Shown here: positions 1-7,592 of the stretch, piece after piece | How positions within the stretch are numbered: position 1 is the first letter of the stretch | How the letters are laid out: every line of letters starts with the position of its first letter | Origin: a virus | Lineage: Duplodnaviria; Caudoviricetes | Reading direction: 5' to 3' (one strand) | IMG/VR virus record: IMGVR_UViG_3300006868_000094 | Location: 1 to 25,465 of that record | DNA: 25,465 nucleotides | Made by a program: the position numbers and the translations under genes | Notes under the pieces: generated by a model | What the model was told of the DNA's origin: nothing | Databases searched by the model: none | Seen by the model: only the letters and a program-made list of their open reading frames with translations

Positions 1-119
1 CATTCATCAGGGTGAATAACCAACATGTTCTCTCCCTCGTAAAAACAATCTACTGGACAAACCTCTACACAGTCCATGTGTTTGCATTTAATACATGCAT
101 CGTTTACAATATATGTCAT
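1..119 (-). CDS. fdxA: 7Fe ferredoxin, FdxA type (partial; runs off the left edge)
   Basis: Not in the ORF track. Manual translation gives [39 protein letters not shown]..., the characteristic FdxA N-terminus. Its ATG overlaps the clamp-loader stop (ATGA, 116-119). Confidence 0.93.
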   Translation of the reverse strand, partial: MTYIVNDACIKCKHMDCVEVCPVDCFYEGENMLVIHPDE

Positions 120-1033
120 TCAATCCTTGCCAATCTAATTAATGTAGCAGCCAAATTAATCTCTGGATCTACAACTAGTGTATGATCTACCAACCCCTGC
201 TTAATAATTAGCACCGCAGTGTCTTGTTGTTCGTCTGTTCCGAATAACTCAATATTGTCATACAACCAACGATAGATTTCTTCCATTTCTTCTGGACGTA
301 CTGCACCACAGAGTAGTTTTCTAGCATCTTGAATCTTACCTGCTTTGAACAGTTCTACCATATCCAGTTTCCAGTCGCTTTCACCTGTGTCACCTTCTTG
401 CGGTGATACAAGTTTACCTTCAACTGAGTTCATTTGTACCATATTGATACACTTACGCAAGTCTGGATATGTTGCTTTTACATATGTGTCTAACACATCC
501 AAGTCTGGAGTAACACCTTCGGTGATGAGAATCTCTGCAACTCTTGCTGTAAACTCTGTTTGGTCAATCTTTGCAATATGGAAGCCTTGACAGCGAGAGT
601 GTATTGCAGGGATAATTCTGTTTGGATAGTTACAAGTTAAAATAAATCTTGCTGTTGTATGATATTCTTCCATAACACCGCGAAGTGCTGCCTGTGCGTT
701 TGGCGACAAGTAATCAGCCTCATCAAGTAACACAACCTTAAACTCACCAAACGGAATCATCTGTACAAAGTTAACAATCTTGTCACGTACATCATCTACA
801 CTATTAGTGCGACTAGCATTAATCTCGAGTATATCAAGATCCATAATGTCTAGTTCGTTAAACAACAGTTTTGCAAGTGTTGTTTTGCCAATACCAGCAT
901 TGCCGCTAAACAAGAGATGCGGAATAGTTTTTTCTTTAATCCAGGTGTTTACTTGATTACGCTGTGCATCATCTCTAAATACATAACCATCTACTGTATT
1001 AGGGCGATATTTTTCTACCCATAATTCTTTCAT
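116..1033 (-). CDS. Sliding-clamp loader AAA+ ATPase subunit (RFC small subunit / T4 gp44-like)
   Basis: LWVEKYRP N-terminal RFC box, Walker [16 protein letters not shown], Walker B LLDEAD, SRC arginine-finger motif. Confidence 0.95.
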   Translation of the reverse strand: MKELWVEKYRPNTVDGYVFRDDAQRNQVNTWIKEKTIPHLLFSGNAGIGKTTLAKLLFNELDIMDLDILEINASRTNSVDDVRDKIVNFVQMIPFGEFKVVLLDEADYLSPNAQAALRGVMEEYHTTARFILTCNYPNRIIPAIHSRCQGFHIAKIDQTEFTARVAEILITEGVTPDLDVLDTYVKATYPDLRKCINMVQMNSVEGKLVSPQEGDTGESDWKLDMVELFKAGKIQDARKLLCGAVRPEEMEEIYRWLYDNIELFGTDEQQDTAVLIIKQGLVDHTLVVDPEINLAATLIRLARIE

Positions 1034-1194
1034 TTGTTATCTCTTTGTTGTACGTGTCGTTTAATAACAGACCGAGGAACTTCTGGACAAGCTTCAGCAA
1101 TTTCGTCTTCTGTAAAAGAATCAGGTTGTCTAATACCATATTTGTTAAATTGATCTAATGCCCAACTTGCTGCATCTTCTTTAGTCTTAAACAT
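1030..1194 (-). CDS. Hypothetical protein (54 aa)
   Basis: Manual ORF MFKTKEDAASWALDQFNKYG...QQRDNK. It fills the gap exactly, with an ATGA overlap onto the clamp-loader start. Confidence 0.75.
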   Translation of the reverse strand: MFKTKEDAASWALDQFNKYGIRQPDSFTEDEIAEACPEVPRSVIKRHVQQRDNK

Positions 1195-1375
1195 CGGGTC
1201 TCATTCCTTTTCTAGTAAATTCTTTTGCACGTTTAATTTGATCTTTCTTACTTAATCGTGTTCCAGCAAGATGATGTTTCCACTCTTGCAAGAGTCGTTT
1301 CTTTTCTTCTTTTTCGCTGTATAATCTTTGCGTTTCTAAAAAGTCGCCCGCAGTTGTAAACTTCAAGTCGTTCAT
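1187..1375 (-). CDS. Hypothetical protein (62 aa, basic)
   Basis: ORF track; preceded by a GAGG Shine-Dalgarno and a sigma70-like promoter. Confidence 0.75.
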   Translation of the reverse strand: MNDLKFTTAGDFLETQRLYSEKEEKKRLLQEWKHHLAGTRLSKKDQIKRAKEFTRKGMRPDV

Positions 1376-1398
1376 GTTAACCTCTTATAGTTACACTT

Positions 1399-1427
1399 AG
1401 TTTAGCATAGTTTTAGAATGTTGTCAA
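1399..1427 (-). promoter_or_regulatory. Sigma70-type promoter
   Basis: TTGACA-17 nt-TAAACT on the minus strand, in the intergenic gap upstream of 1375. Confidence 0.7.
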
Positions 1428-1432
1428 TAGAA

Positions 1433-1651
1433 TCAACCACTTATGTAGGTTTTATTTTTTGGACGGTACCATACTTTTTGATCATGTATACGTCCGAGTA
1501 GTTCGAGTATTTCGTCCATTTCTTCTTTTAATTTATCCGAAGTTTCGCCTTGAGCAATAGACAGACCTCTACGGCCTGCCTTTGCTCTTAGTGCATGTTC
1601 GATTATCTCGATGTCTCTTACATCAAGTTCAAATGTAGTGTTAGGCTTCAA
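1433..1651 (-). CDS. Hypothetical protein (72 aa)
   Basis: ORF track; TTG start with GAGG upstream; C-terminal LLGRIHDQKVWYRP motif. Confidence 0.75.
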   Translation of the reverse strand: MKPNTTFELDVRDIEIIEHALRAKAGRRGLSIAQGETSDKLKEEMDEILELLGRIHDQKVWYRPKNKTYISG

Positions 1652-1688
1652 GTTCTGTTACCTCGTAACGCAAAGGATAATAAATTTC

Positions 1689-1898
1689 TCATTTCTTATC
1701 CTTTACGTTGATATTGGACGGATTGTATTGTTCGCCATTATAGCCAGGGTAGGTGTCGTCCTCTACCCCAAAGTTACATGCAGCGACAATTGCTAGAAAT
1801 GCAATTGCACCGTATGTTGTAATCTTTGACCATTTAATAAAGCCTTCAAAAGTTTTTTCGGCTTCTTTTTGAGCTGCTGCTCTAACTTCGTCTACCAT
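1689..1898 (-). CDS. aa3-type cytochrome c oxidase subunit IV-like single-pass membrane protein
   Basis: EKTFEGFIK followed by one hydrophobic helix ending FLAIVAACN. This resembles alphaproteobacterial CtaH/CoxIV (xxTFxGFxx...FLAxxN). GAGGT Shine-Dalgarno. Confidence 0.6.
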   Translation of the reverse strand: MVDEVRAAAQKEAEKTFEGFIKWSKITTYGAIAFLAIVAACNFGVEDDTYPGYNGEQYNPSNINVKDKK

Positions 1899-1980
1899 AA
1901 AGTGCTACCTCATTCAATTTGGTATGATTAAGTTTAGGATGTAGTATATTATAAATTAGTTTTGGATGTAGTGTTTTCAC
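1882..1980 (-). CDS. Possible 32-aa peptide with a repeated LHPKL motif
   Basis: The GTG start overlaps the upstream stop (GTGA 1977-1980). Translation: MKTLHPKLIYNILHPKLNHTKLNEVALYGRRS. Confidence 0.35.
   Translation of the reverse strand: MKTLHPKLIYNILHPKLNHTKLNEVALYGRRS
1931..1972. repeat. 15-bp direct repeat, 1 mismatch, 27-bp period
   Basis: AGTTTAGGATGTAGT (1931-1945) and AGTTTTGGATGTAGT (1958-1972). Confidence 0.8.
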
Positions 1981-2177
1981 CTGCCAGTCACCGTTGGTAA
2001 GTGTTTAGACCAAGGAAACTCTAAAAGTGGTTTAAAGTCACTAAGTGTTTCATTTACTACTTTTACCTTCATTTCTAATTTTAAATCGTTAGCTACATAT
2101 CTTTCAGCTTCTTCGTGACAACCGAATTCTTTTTCAAAAAACTCGCCTGTTGTGTTATTTGTTATTATATAAATCAT
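1977..2177 (-). CDS. Hypothetical protein (66 aa)
   Basis: ORF-track frame; start moved to MIYIITNN (ATGA overlap at 2174-2177). Confidence 0.7.
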   Translation of the reverse strand: MIYIITNNTTGEFFEKEFGCHEEAERYVANDLKLEMKVKVVNETLSDFKPLLEFPWSKHLPTVTGR

Positions 2178-2347
2178 TTGTTTAATCCAAAGCAAGGTAG
2201 AATGTTGACATTGCAATAACGGCCATATTCTTCAAGTCCAACCATTGCCATTAGCATTAGTACTGGTACAACTGTAATCATTAAAGCAATAATTAAAAAA
2301 GCCAATCCTAATCCTTTAGTTGTACAATAATTAGTTTGTTCACTCAT
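2174..2347 (-). CDS. Small membrane protein (57 aa)
   Basis: Likely start MSEQTNYC (GGAG upstream). Long hydrophobic stretch GLGLAFLIIALMITVVPVLMLMAMVGL and three Cys. Confidence 0.75.
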   Translation of the reverse strand: MSEQTNYCTTKGLGLAFLIIALMITVVPVLMLMAMVGLEEYGRYCNVNILPCFGLNK

Positions 2348-2537
2348 CTTCTGACTCCATGTATGATACAAGTGCATTGTTTTTCATTCTAACGTGTCTT
2401 GTTGGCAGATATTGTTCTGTTTTTCCGAGGCTGCGAAAGCCAGTATTATTTTTAAGCCAGTGTGATAGTTGGCGTTTATCTTTAAATGTCATTTCTTGGA
2501 CATCTCCAGAGTGCTCGCACAATATCGTATATTTCAT
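2340..2537 (-). CDS. Hypothetical protein (65 aa)
   Basis: ORF track; GGAGGAG Shine-Dalgarno; TAATG overlap with the upstream gene. Confidence 0.75.
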   Translation of the reverse strand: MKYTILCEHSGDVQEMTFKDKRQLSHWLKNNTGFRSLGKTEQYLPTRHVRMKNNALVSYMESEDE

Positions 2538-2881
2538 TAATTATGCTCTCCTCCTTTACCACGTCCGTTATAACCTGATAGCGCTTTATTGACACGCCCT
2601 GGACGCTTATCAGCTTCACGCATTGTTGCCGCAGTAATAAAAATGCCTGCAACTAAAACAGTGTGAATTACTGCACTAACGCCGAAATACGAAATACTAC
2701 CAATGTACAATGCAAAGATTGCACACCACATATAAGCCAATAGTTGGAACACCATATGTCCTACCATTGGATCTAGCTTACGTAGAGGTGAGTGTTCAAT
2801 AGTCATTACACTATTCCACGCACTTTTGGCTCCTTTAAAAATACCAATCGGTGGAAAGATATCTGTAGGTTTATAATCCAT
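2537..2881 (-). CDS. Membrane protein (2 predicted TM helices), unknown function
   Basis: Hydrophobic segments HMVFQLLAYMWCAIFALYIG and FGVSAVIHTVLVAGIFITAA, each containing a His. C-terminal GRGKGGEH; GGAG Shine-Dalgarno. Confidence 0.8.
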   Translation of the reverse strand: MDYKPTDIFPPIGIFKGAKSAWNSVMTIEHSPLRKLDPMVGHMVFQLLAYMWCAIFALYIGSISYFGVSAVIHTVLVAGIFITAATMREADKRPGRVNKALSGYNGRGKGGEHN

Positions 2882-2920
2882 AATTTTTTCTCCGTCTGTG
2901 TGTTTGTGTTACTATAATAT

Positions 2921-2950
2921 AATATATAGCACGGTACTTACCAAAGTCAA
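2921..2950 (-). promoter_or_regulatory. Sigma70-type promoter
   Basis: TTGACT-18 nt-TATATT, with a second TATAGT at 2911-2916 and an AC-rich leader. Confidence 0.55.
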
Positions 2951-2979
2951 TCACTTTTTGGTAAAAAAGATTAATTTTT

Positions 2980-3261
2980 TTAATCTTTTATTAACGTACT
3001 CCACTGTTTTAATTTATCTCGCTTTACGTTTACTCTAACACCTAATTCTTTATTTGTCAAGAGCCCGTGTTCTACCATTAGTTCAATCATACACAACACA
3101 TCGCCTGCTTCTTCAAGTAGCTTTACACGCTGGTCTTCTTGAATTTGATCTGCGGTAGAATACTTACGAACAATCTTTGAGCATCGTTGTGTTAGTTCAC
3201 CACACTCTTCCATTGTTATTGTCATTAACTGTTGTAGAGTGTTTATAGGACTATTTTCCAA
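2980..3261 (-). CDS. MazG-like NTP pyrophosphohydrolase
   Basis: EECGEL...EEAGDVL gives the ExxE / ExxD metal-binding pattern of all-alpha NTP-PPases. Confidence 0.8.
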   Translation of the reverse strand: MENSPINTLQQLMTITMEECGELTQRCSKIVRKYSTADQIQEDQRVKLLEEAGDVLCMIELMVEHGLLTNKELGVRVNVKRDKLKQWSTLIKD

Positions 3262-3775
3262 TACCTAACTCCTTATAAACCATTTGCACACCTTTTGCTT
3301 GAAAGTAAGCATCCGCTAGAGCATTGTGCAAATCACTTTGCATTGCTTTGCGTGGATCCGTTTTTGCCATTGCAAATAATGTACGTGAATCTCGTACTTG
3401 CCAAAACTGCCACGGAATAGGTTTGCTACACTGGCGACACATATCTTCAATGATTGTAATGTCAAAACCGTATCCGTGTCCCCACAGTACATCAACGCCT
3501 ACCATCCACTTAGGTAGGCTGTCTAAGAACACATCCATATGCTCTCGACCTTCTGCACTAAAAGTTTCTTCTTGTATCTTCGGATCCTGCTTGCTCCACC
3601 ATGCGATAGTATCATCACTAACGTCACGATTTTGTGTGTCCAAATCTAATTTGTAGTAAAACTCGCTATGAGGTTCTGAGTCGCTTAGTGGATCGAACTT
3701 CACACCACCCACTGTTAGCACTGCTGCTTGTGGAGTAGTGTGAAGTGTCTCAAGGTCAATCATTGCATGTATCAT
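3251..3775 (-). CDS. DEDDh 3'-5' exonuclease (Rv2179c/ExoVIII-like)
   Basis: MIDLETL (Exo I), WGHGYGFD (Exo II), RDSRT, HNALADA (Exo III). Confidence 0.88.
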   Translation of the reverse strand: MIHAMIDLETLHTTPQAAVLTVGGVKFDPLSDSEPHSEFYYKLDLDTQNRDVSDDTIAWWSKQDPKIQEETFSAEGREHMDVFLDSLPKWMVGVDVLWGHGYGFDITIIEDMCRQCSKPIPWQFWQVRDSRTLFAMAKTDPRKAMQSDLHNALADAYFQAKGVQMVYKELGIGK

Positions 3776-3993
3776 TGTTCTGTTGTAATTCCTAGATGTG
3801 TCTGTTTTTTCATAGATATACTATCGTGTATTAAGTCTACATATGCATCAATTTCATCTATTGTTGCTAAATCGGCATTTAACGATTTTAGTGCTTCAAT
3901 ACAACGTTTTTGCATTTCTTCAGGCAATAATCCGTCAACATATTCTTTACGCAATGGATGTATAACATCATCAGGATTTAATATTCTACGCAT
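3772..3993 (-). CDS. Hypothetical protein (73 aa)
   Basis: ORF track; tight overlaps with both neighbours. Confidence 0.7.
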   Translation of the reverse strand: MRRILNPDDVIHPLRKEYVDGLLPEEMQKRCIEALKSLNADLATIDEIDAYVDLIHDSISMKKQTHLGITTEQ

Positions 3994-4243
3994 CTATATA
4001 CTCTAAAAGTTGCAATTTTCTCATTACAGCATCAACTGCATTAGGTGTCAATCCTGGAATGACATCGTCGTTGTTGTGTATACCCGGCAACTGTACAAAC
4101 AAGTCATCATCAAAGACTGCTGCTTCATACAGTGTTTTGCCGGGCTCTAATATTACACTAAGTTGATACCGACCAAACTGTTGTTTTGCTTGGAAGTGAC
4201 CATCTCTTACTTCTTCAAATTTTAGTGTGTTAAAAAGTTTCAT
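3986..4243 (-). CDS. Hypothetical protein (85 aa)
   Basis: ORF track; ATGA overlap with the upstream gene. Confidence 0.75.
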   Translation of the reverse strand: MKLFNTLKFEEVRDGHFQAKQQFGRYQLSVILEPGKTLYEAAVFDDDLFVQLPGIHNNDDVIPGLTPNAVDAVMRKLQLLEYIDA

Positions 4244-4443
4244 GTGAATTCTACCTTTACTACGTTTCCATTAGGATCAGTCATTACATGTGTTCTTCTT
4301 ATCGGCGTGTATGACCTAGTTCTAGTTCTCCACCACTCATTGGCTTCTTTTTGTGTGTCAACGACAAGTCCACTCCATTCAAGTCCGTCATCTGGTCTCA
4401 ATGGGTTAGGTTTGCTAAAAGTTGATGTTATTGTCCAGCTCAT
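4240..4443 (-). CDS. Hypothetical protein (67 aa)
   Basis: ORF-track frame; start moved to MSWTITST (ATGA overlap 4440-4443). Confidence 0.7.
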   Translation of the reverse strand: MSWTITSTFSKPNPLRPDDGLEWSGLVVDTQKEANEWWRTRTRSYTPIRRTHVMTDPNGNVVKVEFT

Positions 4444-4601
4444 CTTTTTCCCTGTTCTGATCCTATACCACTTAAAATTAACAAAACATACAAAATAGGC
4501 CAAGCCCATCCTGTTAAGTATCCAGTAATATGCAGCACCATTAGTGCAACACCTGCTGCACCAGCTGTGCCAATGCCTGTTTTATTCTGCGGTATTTTCA
4601 T
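4440..4601 (-). CDS. Small membrane protein (53 aa, helical hairpin)
   Basis: Manual ORF MKIPQNKTGIGTAGAAGVALMVLHITGYLTGWAWPILYVLLILSGIGSEQGKR; fills the gap. Confidence 0.7.
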   Translation of the reverse strand: MKIPQNKTGIGTAGAAGVALMVLHITGYLTGWAWPILYVLLILSGIGSEQGKR

Positions 4602-4794
4602 CAAATCTTTCCTCAACTGCTTTTATGTGTTTGCACTTTTTAAATGCAGGGCAATCACAAGTAAAGCCTTTGTCTAGCATTTCAATATTATAAGTGCCTT
4701 TTGAGCCTTTAGCATTCCACACTGTGCCAACAGCCCAGTGAGACTTAGTGCTGATAATATCGCTAGGATAAATTCTAGGACCATACTTAGACAT
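4582..4794 (-). CDS. SWIM-type zinc-finger protein
   Basis: Y-x-I...FTCDCPAFKKCKHI matches the CxC-xn-CxH SWIM signature. Confidence 0.8.
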   Translation of the reverse strand: MSKYGPRIYPSDIISTKSHWAVGTVWNAKGSKGTYNIEMLDKGFTCDCPAFKKCKHIKAVEERFDENTAE

Positions 4795-4817
4795 GTTGCA
4801 CCTCTTTGTTATGTGTT

Positions 4818-4846
4818 ACTATAACATAGAGAGTGCTAGGTGTCAA
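4818..4846 (-). promoter_or_regulatory. Sigma70-type promoter with extended -10
   Basis: TTGACA-17 nt-(TGt)TATAGT, followed by an AC-rich leader and GAGG. Confidence 0.75.
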
Positions 4847-5030
4847 CCATTTTCGCACGGGCACGTTCATAAAAACGCCACACTTCCCAACCTAGGGCTA
4901 ACATTATGCCTGTTATAAATCCTCCGCCCATCAGTGTTACAATTAATAACACCGACAGGAGGTGTGACATCATAAAGATTACAACGAAGTCATACCATTG
5001 AAAGTTTTCAAATATATTATCGTTTAGCAT
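4836..5030 (-). CDS. Small membrane protein (64 aa)
   Basis: Two hydrophobic segments separated by GGG. Confidence 0.7.
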   Translation of the reverse strand: MLNDNIFENFQWYDFVVIFMMSHLLSVLLIVTLMGGGFITGIMLALGWEVWRFYERARAKMVDT

Positions 5031-5036
5031 TGTGTT

Positions 5037-5906
5037 TTAATTTTCTTCCTTAAATAAATCAGAGTTTAGTTCTGCTTTACGTTTGGCTCTATCTCTTTTC
5101 CAACCTTCACGCATTTTTTCTCGCTTTGCAAGTTCGGCAGCATCAGGACTAACAGGAACAGGGTCATCTTTTTCTTCTACCTTATCTAATGTAGGAAGAA
5201 AAGCATCATACGCATTTTTATTCATTTCAAACCCAACAAAGTTTCTACCATATCTTAATGCAGTTCGAGGCGTTGTAAATCCGCCGCAAAATGGATCCAT
5301 TACAGTTTCATTTCTACTACTACTGTATAAAATAAACTTCTCAATAAAGTCTTCGTTAAGTTGATTTTTATTTTTTGTTTCACCAGGATTATGTGCTCGA
5401 GGCATATCTTGCACAGTTAATCTATCGTGATAACTGTCTTTTTGATCAGTGTAGTATACATTTGTATTAAATGTACGAGTCTGTTTTCCTTTGTTTGGCT
5501 TTTGCCAAAACAATATATGATAATGACTACTGACCCATTTCTTTTTAGTGCTAACACCAAATGAATATTTTGCAATAATATGATTAACTTCTTGTAAATC
5601 TGTTGCGTGTAGTGCATTTAATACATGATGCAGATTAGTATATCCACTTACAATATAAATGCTGCCACCTGGACGCAAACATCTTGCACATTCACTTATC
5701 CAGTCTTTGCTAAACTGGTCGTATGTTTCAAGTGGAACTTCTACGTAACCCGGAACAACATTGCTTTCATCTCGGTGATAGTGTGCATCTAGTTTATCGC
5801 CATCAATACCATAAGGAGGATCAGTGAAAATTAAATCCACTGACCCATCTTCTACATGTTCACGCATACCAGATATACAATCTTGGTTGTAAACTTTATA
5901 TGTCAT
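5037..5906 (-). CDS. Beta-class N6-adenine/N4-cytosine DNA methyltransferase
   Basis: Motif IV DLIFTDPPY near the N-terminus, RCLRPGGSIY, and motif I VMDPFCGGFTT plus GRNFVGFE near the C-terminus (beta order). Confidence 0.92.
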   Translation of the reverse strand: MTYKVYNQDCISGMREHVEDGSVDLIFTDPPYGIDGDKLDAHYHRDESNVVPGYVEVPLETYDQFSKDWISECARCLRPGGSIYIVSGYTNLHHVLNALHATDLQEVNHIIAKYSFGVSTKKKWVSSHYHILFWQKPNKGKQTRTFNTNVYYTDQKDSYHDRLTVQDMPRAHNPGETKNKNQLNEDFIEKFILYSSSRNETVMDPFCGGFTTPRTALRYGRNFVGFEMNKNAYDAFLPTLDKVEEKDDPVPVSPDAAELAKREKMREGWKRDRAKRKAELNSDLFKEEN

Positions 5907-6925
5907 TAGTAATCCTTAATATCAACTAATTTGTTACTTTCTAATGCATGTCTATCTTTAATCTGCGGAACTGCACCTATTATTTTCCACGGTCTACTAT
6001 CATCTCTAATCACGGCATATGCCATATTATACGATAGTTCATACAATTTTTCAAGAGTTTTTGCAAAGTTTTTTACACCATCTTTTGCTTTCTTTGGATT
6101 GTATGAATTTGTAAAAAGAACGATTTCAACTGGATCATATTTTTTGTTACACGCTTCAAGGATTTTTACAAATGTTCTTAAAGGGTATGTATCATTATCT
6201 ACACTTTCTAGAATACGATTTTTGTTGTTAATTTCAAATCCATTAGACTTACACCAGTCTTCCCAACCTTTTCTACTTTGTACTCTTACTAGTCCTAAGT
6301 CTACACCTGCTTCGTAACCTGAAATAATGTTGTTAATGATTTTTGTAATATTACCACTTTTGTTATCAAAGAATTTTGTGATTTTCACATCGTTATACAA
6401 CCACCATTCTATTGATTCTTGACTAGGATGTAATTCACCTAATCTACATAATTCTATTCCTGCTGTTTCAAAGTCTTTGCGCAATGCTGGTTGAGCAGGT
6501 GGATGATCGTTAGCGATTAAACCGTTTGTTATATAGTTTCTTTCTGTATCTACTTCATAATCATATACTGCTACTGGCATCCACTTTTCTTCATTGCGTA
6601 TTGCAGCAAGAACTCTGCCTCGGCCATCTCTAAATTTACCATCTGTGCCTAAACATGGCGGTGAATATTTTGTTGAAAATCCGTGTAAAAAAAAACTTGT
6701 TTGCATACTTTCTATGCGTTCCTCAGTATTTTGTTCTTGTCTAATTGACATGTTCCATAACGAAGGATCGTCTTCTTCAATAGTTTCTAAATCTATAAAT
6801 GTTAAATATTGGAATTGTGCATCATTTTGTTCACGCACATGTTCCTGTGTATAATCTTTTAGATTGATTGTTCCAAAGTTATTAAAACCGTCTTTGGTAG
6901 ACGTGCCCATAATTGTAAGCGTCAT
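5906..6925 (-). CDS. ParB/Srx-like N-terminal domain protein
   Basis: SPP...KFRDGRGRVLAA...MPVAVY resembles the ParB-N/sulfiredoxin P...DGxxRxxA motif. TAATG overlap with the MTase; TAAGGAG Shine-Dalgarno. Confidence 0.55.
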   Translation of the reverse strand: MTLTIMGTSTKDGFNNFGTINLKDYTQEHVREQNDAQFQYLTFIDLETIEEDDPSLWNMSIRQEQNTEERIESMQTSFFLHGFSTKYSPPCLGTDGKFRDGRGRVLAAIRNEEKWMPVAVYDYEVDTERNYITNGLIANDHPPAQPALRKDFETAGIELCRLGELHPSQESIEWWLYNDVKITKFFDNKSGNITKIINNIISGYEAGVDLGLVRVQSRKGWEDWCKSNGFEINNKNRILESVDNDTYPLRTFVKILEACNKKYDPVEIVLFTNSYNPKKAKDGVKNFAKTLEKLYELSYNMAYAVIRDDSRPWKIIGAVPQIKDRHALESNKLVDIKDY

Positions 6926-7013
6926 ATATATATCTCCTTAGTTGCTTATGCTTTTAGGGTAAACAGAAATTGCCTAAGCGGTTACTGTTTACATATATAT
7001 TTATCATATTTAA

Positions 7014-7042
7014 ACTATACTATATAAATTATTGGTTGTCAA
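7014..7042 (-). promoter_or_regulatory. Sigma70-type promoter
   Basis: TTGACA-17 nt-TATAGT upstream of the ParB-like gene. A late-type ATAAATA follows at 6998-7004. Confidence 0.7.
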
Positions 7043-7049
7043 ACATTTT

Positions 7050-7592
7050 TTAAACATTTTCTCTAATAACATTTTCAATAAGTTGTCTAAGATTATTTTC
7101 TTTTGGATTAGCATCAATTTTGCCACTCAATTCTGTAATTGCAGATCTAGGCACTCTTACCTTAAAGCCGTCACCTTTTTTAATAGCATATTTTTTGGTT
7201 GTTTCTCTATCGATCACAAATGCACCGTCATTTCTAATCACAAGCAAAAGATCGGTTACATGGTCATCTGGCAACTCGTCAAGTTTATTTGTACCTTGAC
7301 TATTATTAAAAACGATATCAAAATTCTTTTTTACAGTGCCATTCTGATTATACATTGGACCAGACAACTGGCTTTTTAATTCAACTGTAAGTTTTAGACT
7401 AGGCCAATCAAAATCTTTGTGGTCTTCTCTAACTGCAACTAGTTCGTTATTACAATATTTCTCAGCAATCATTTCTACAATGAAGCCTTTTAAAAACTTC
7501 CATTGCGAATCATTGAAGTCTCCTAATCCTGTTCCTCGGTTAATGATTTCTTGCCAATTAAATTTTTTCATTTTTTCAATTGCAACTTCCAT
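7050..7592 (-). CDS. Putative PD-(D/E)xK (restriction-endonuclease-like) protein, 180 aa
   Basis: Helix GFIVE, then HKDFD...TVELKS (D-x10-ELK). Start moved to MEVAIEK (GAGGAG Shine-Dalgarno, TAATG overlap). Confidence 0.5.
   Translation of the reverse strand: MEVAIEKMKKFNWQEIINRGTGLGDFNDSQWKFLKGFIVEMIAEKYCNNELVAVREDHKDFDWPSLKLTVELKSQLSGPMYNQNGTVKKNFDIVFNNSQGTNKLDELPDDHVTDLLLVIRNDGAFVIDRETTKKYAIKKGDGFKVRVPRSAITELSGKIDANPKENNLRQLIENVIRENV

Noticed and set aside
1931-1972. NrdR boxes or a mini-CRISPR
   Set aside because: Only one half resembles the NrdR palindrome and no nrd gene follows. Two 15-bp units with a 12-bp spacer do not fit CRISPR.
5037-5906. Calling the methyltransferase CcrM
   Set aside because: It has the same beta-class layout but lacks the CcrM-specific DPPYNLQL and NPMPNF motifs and the CcrM C-terminal domain; its specificity cannot be inferred.
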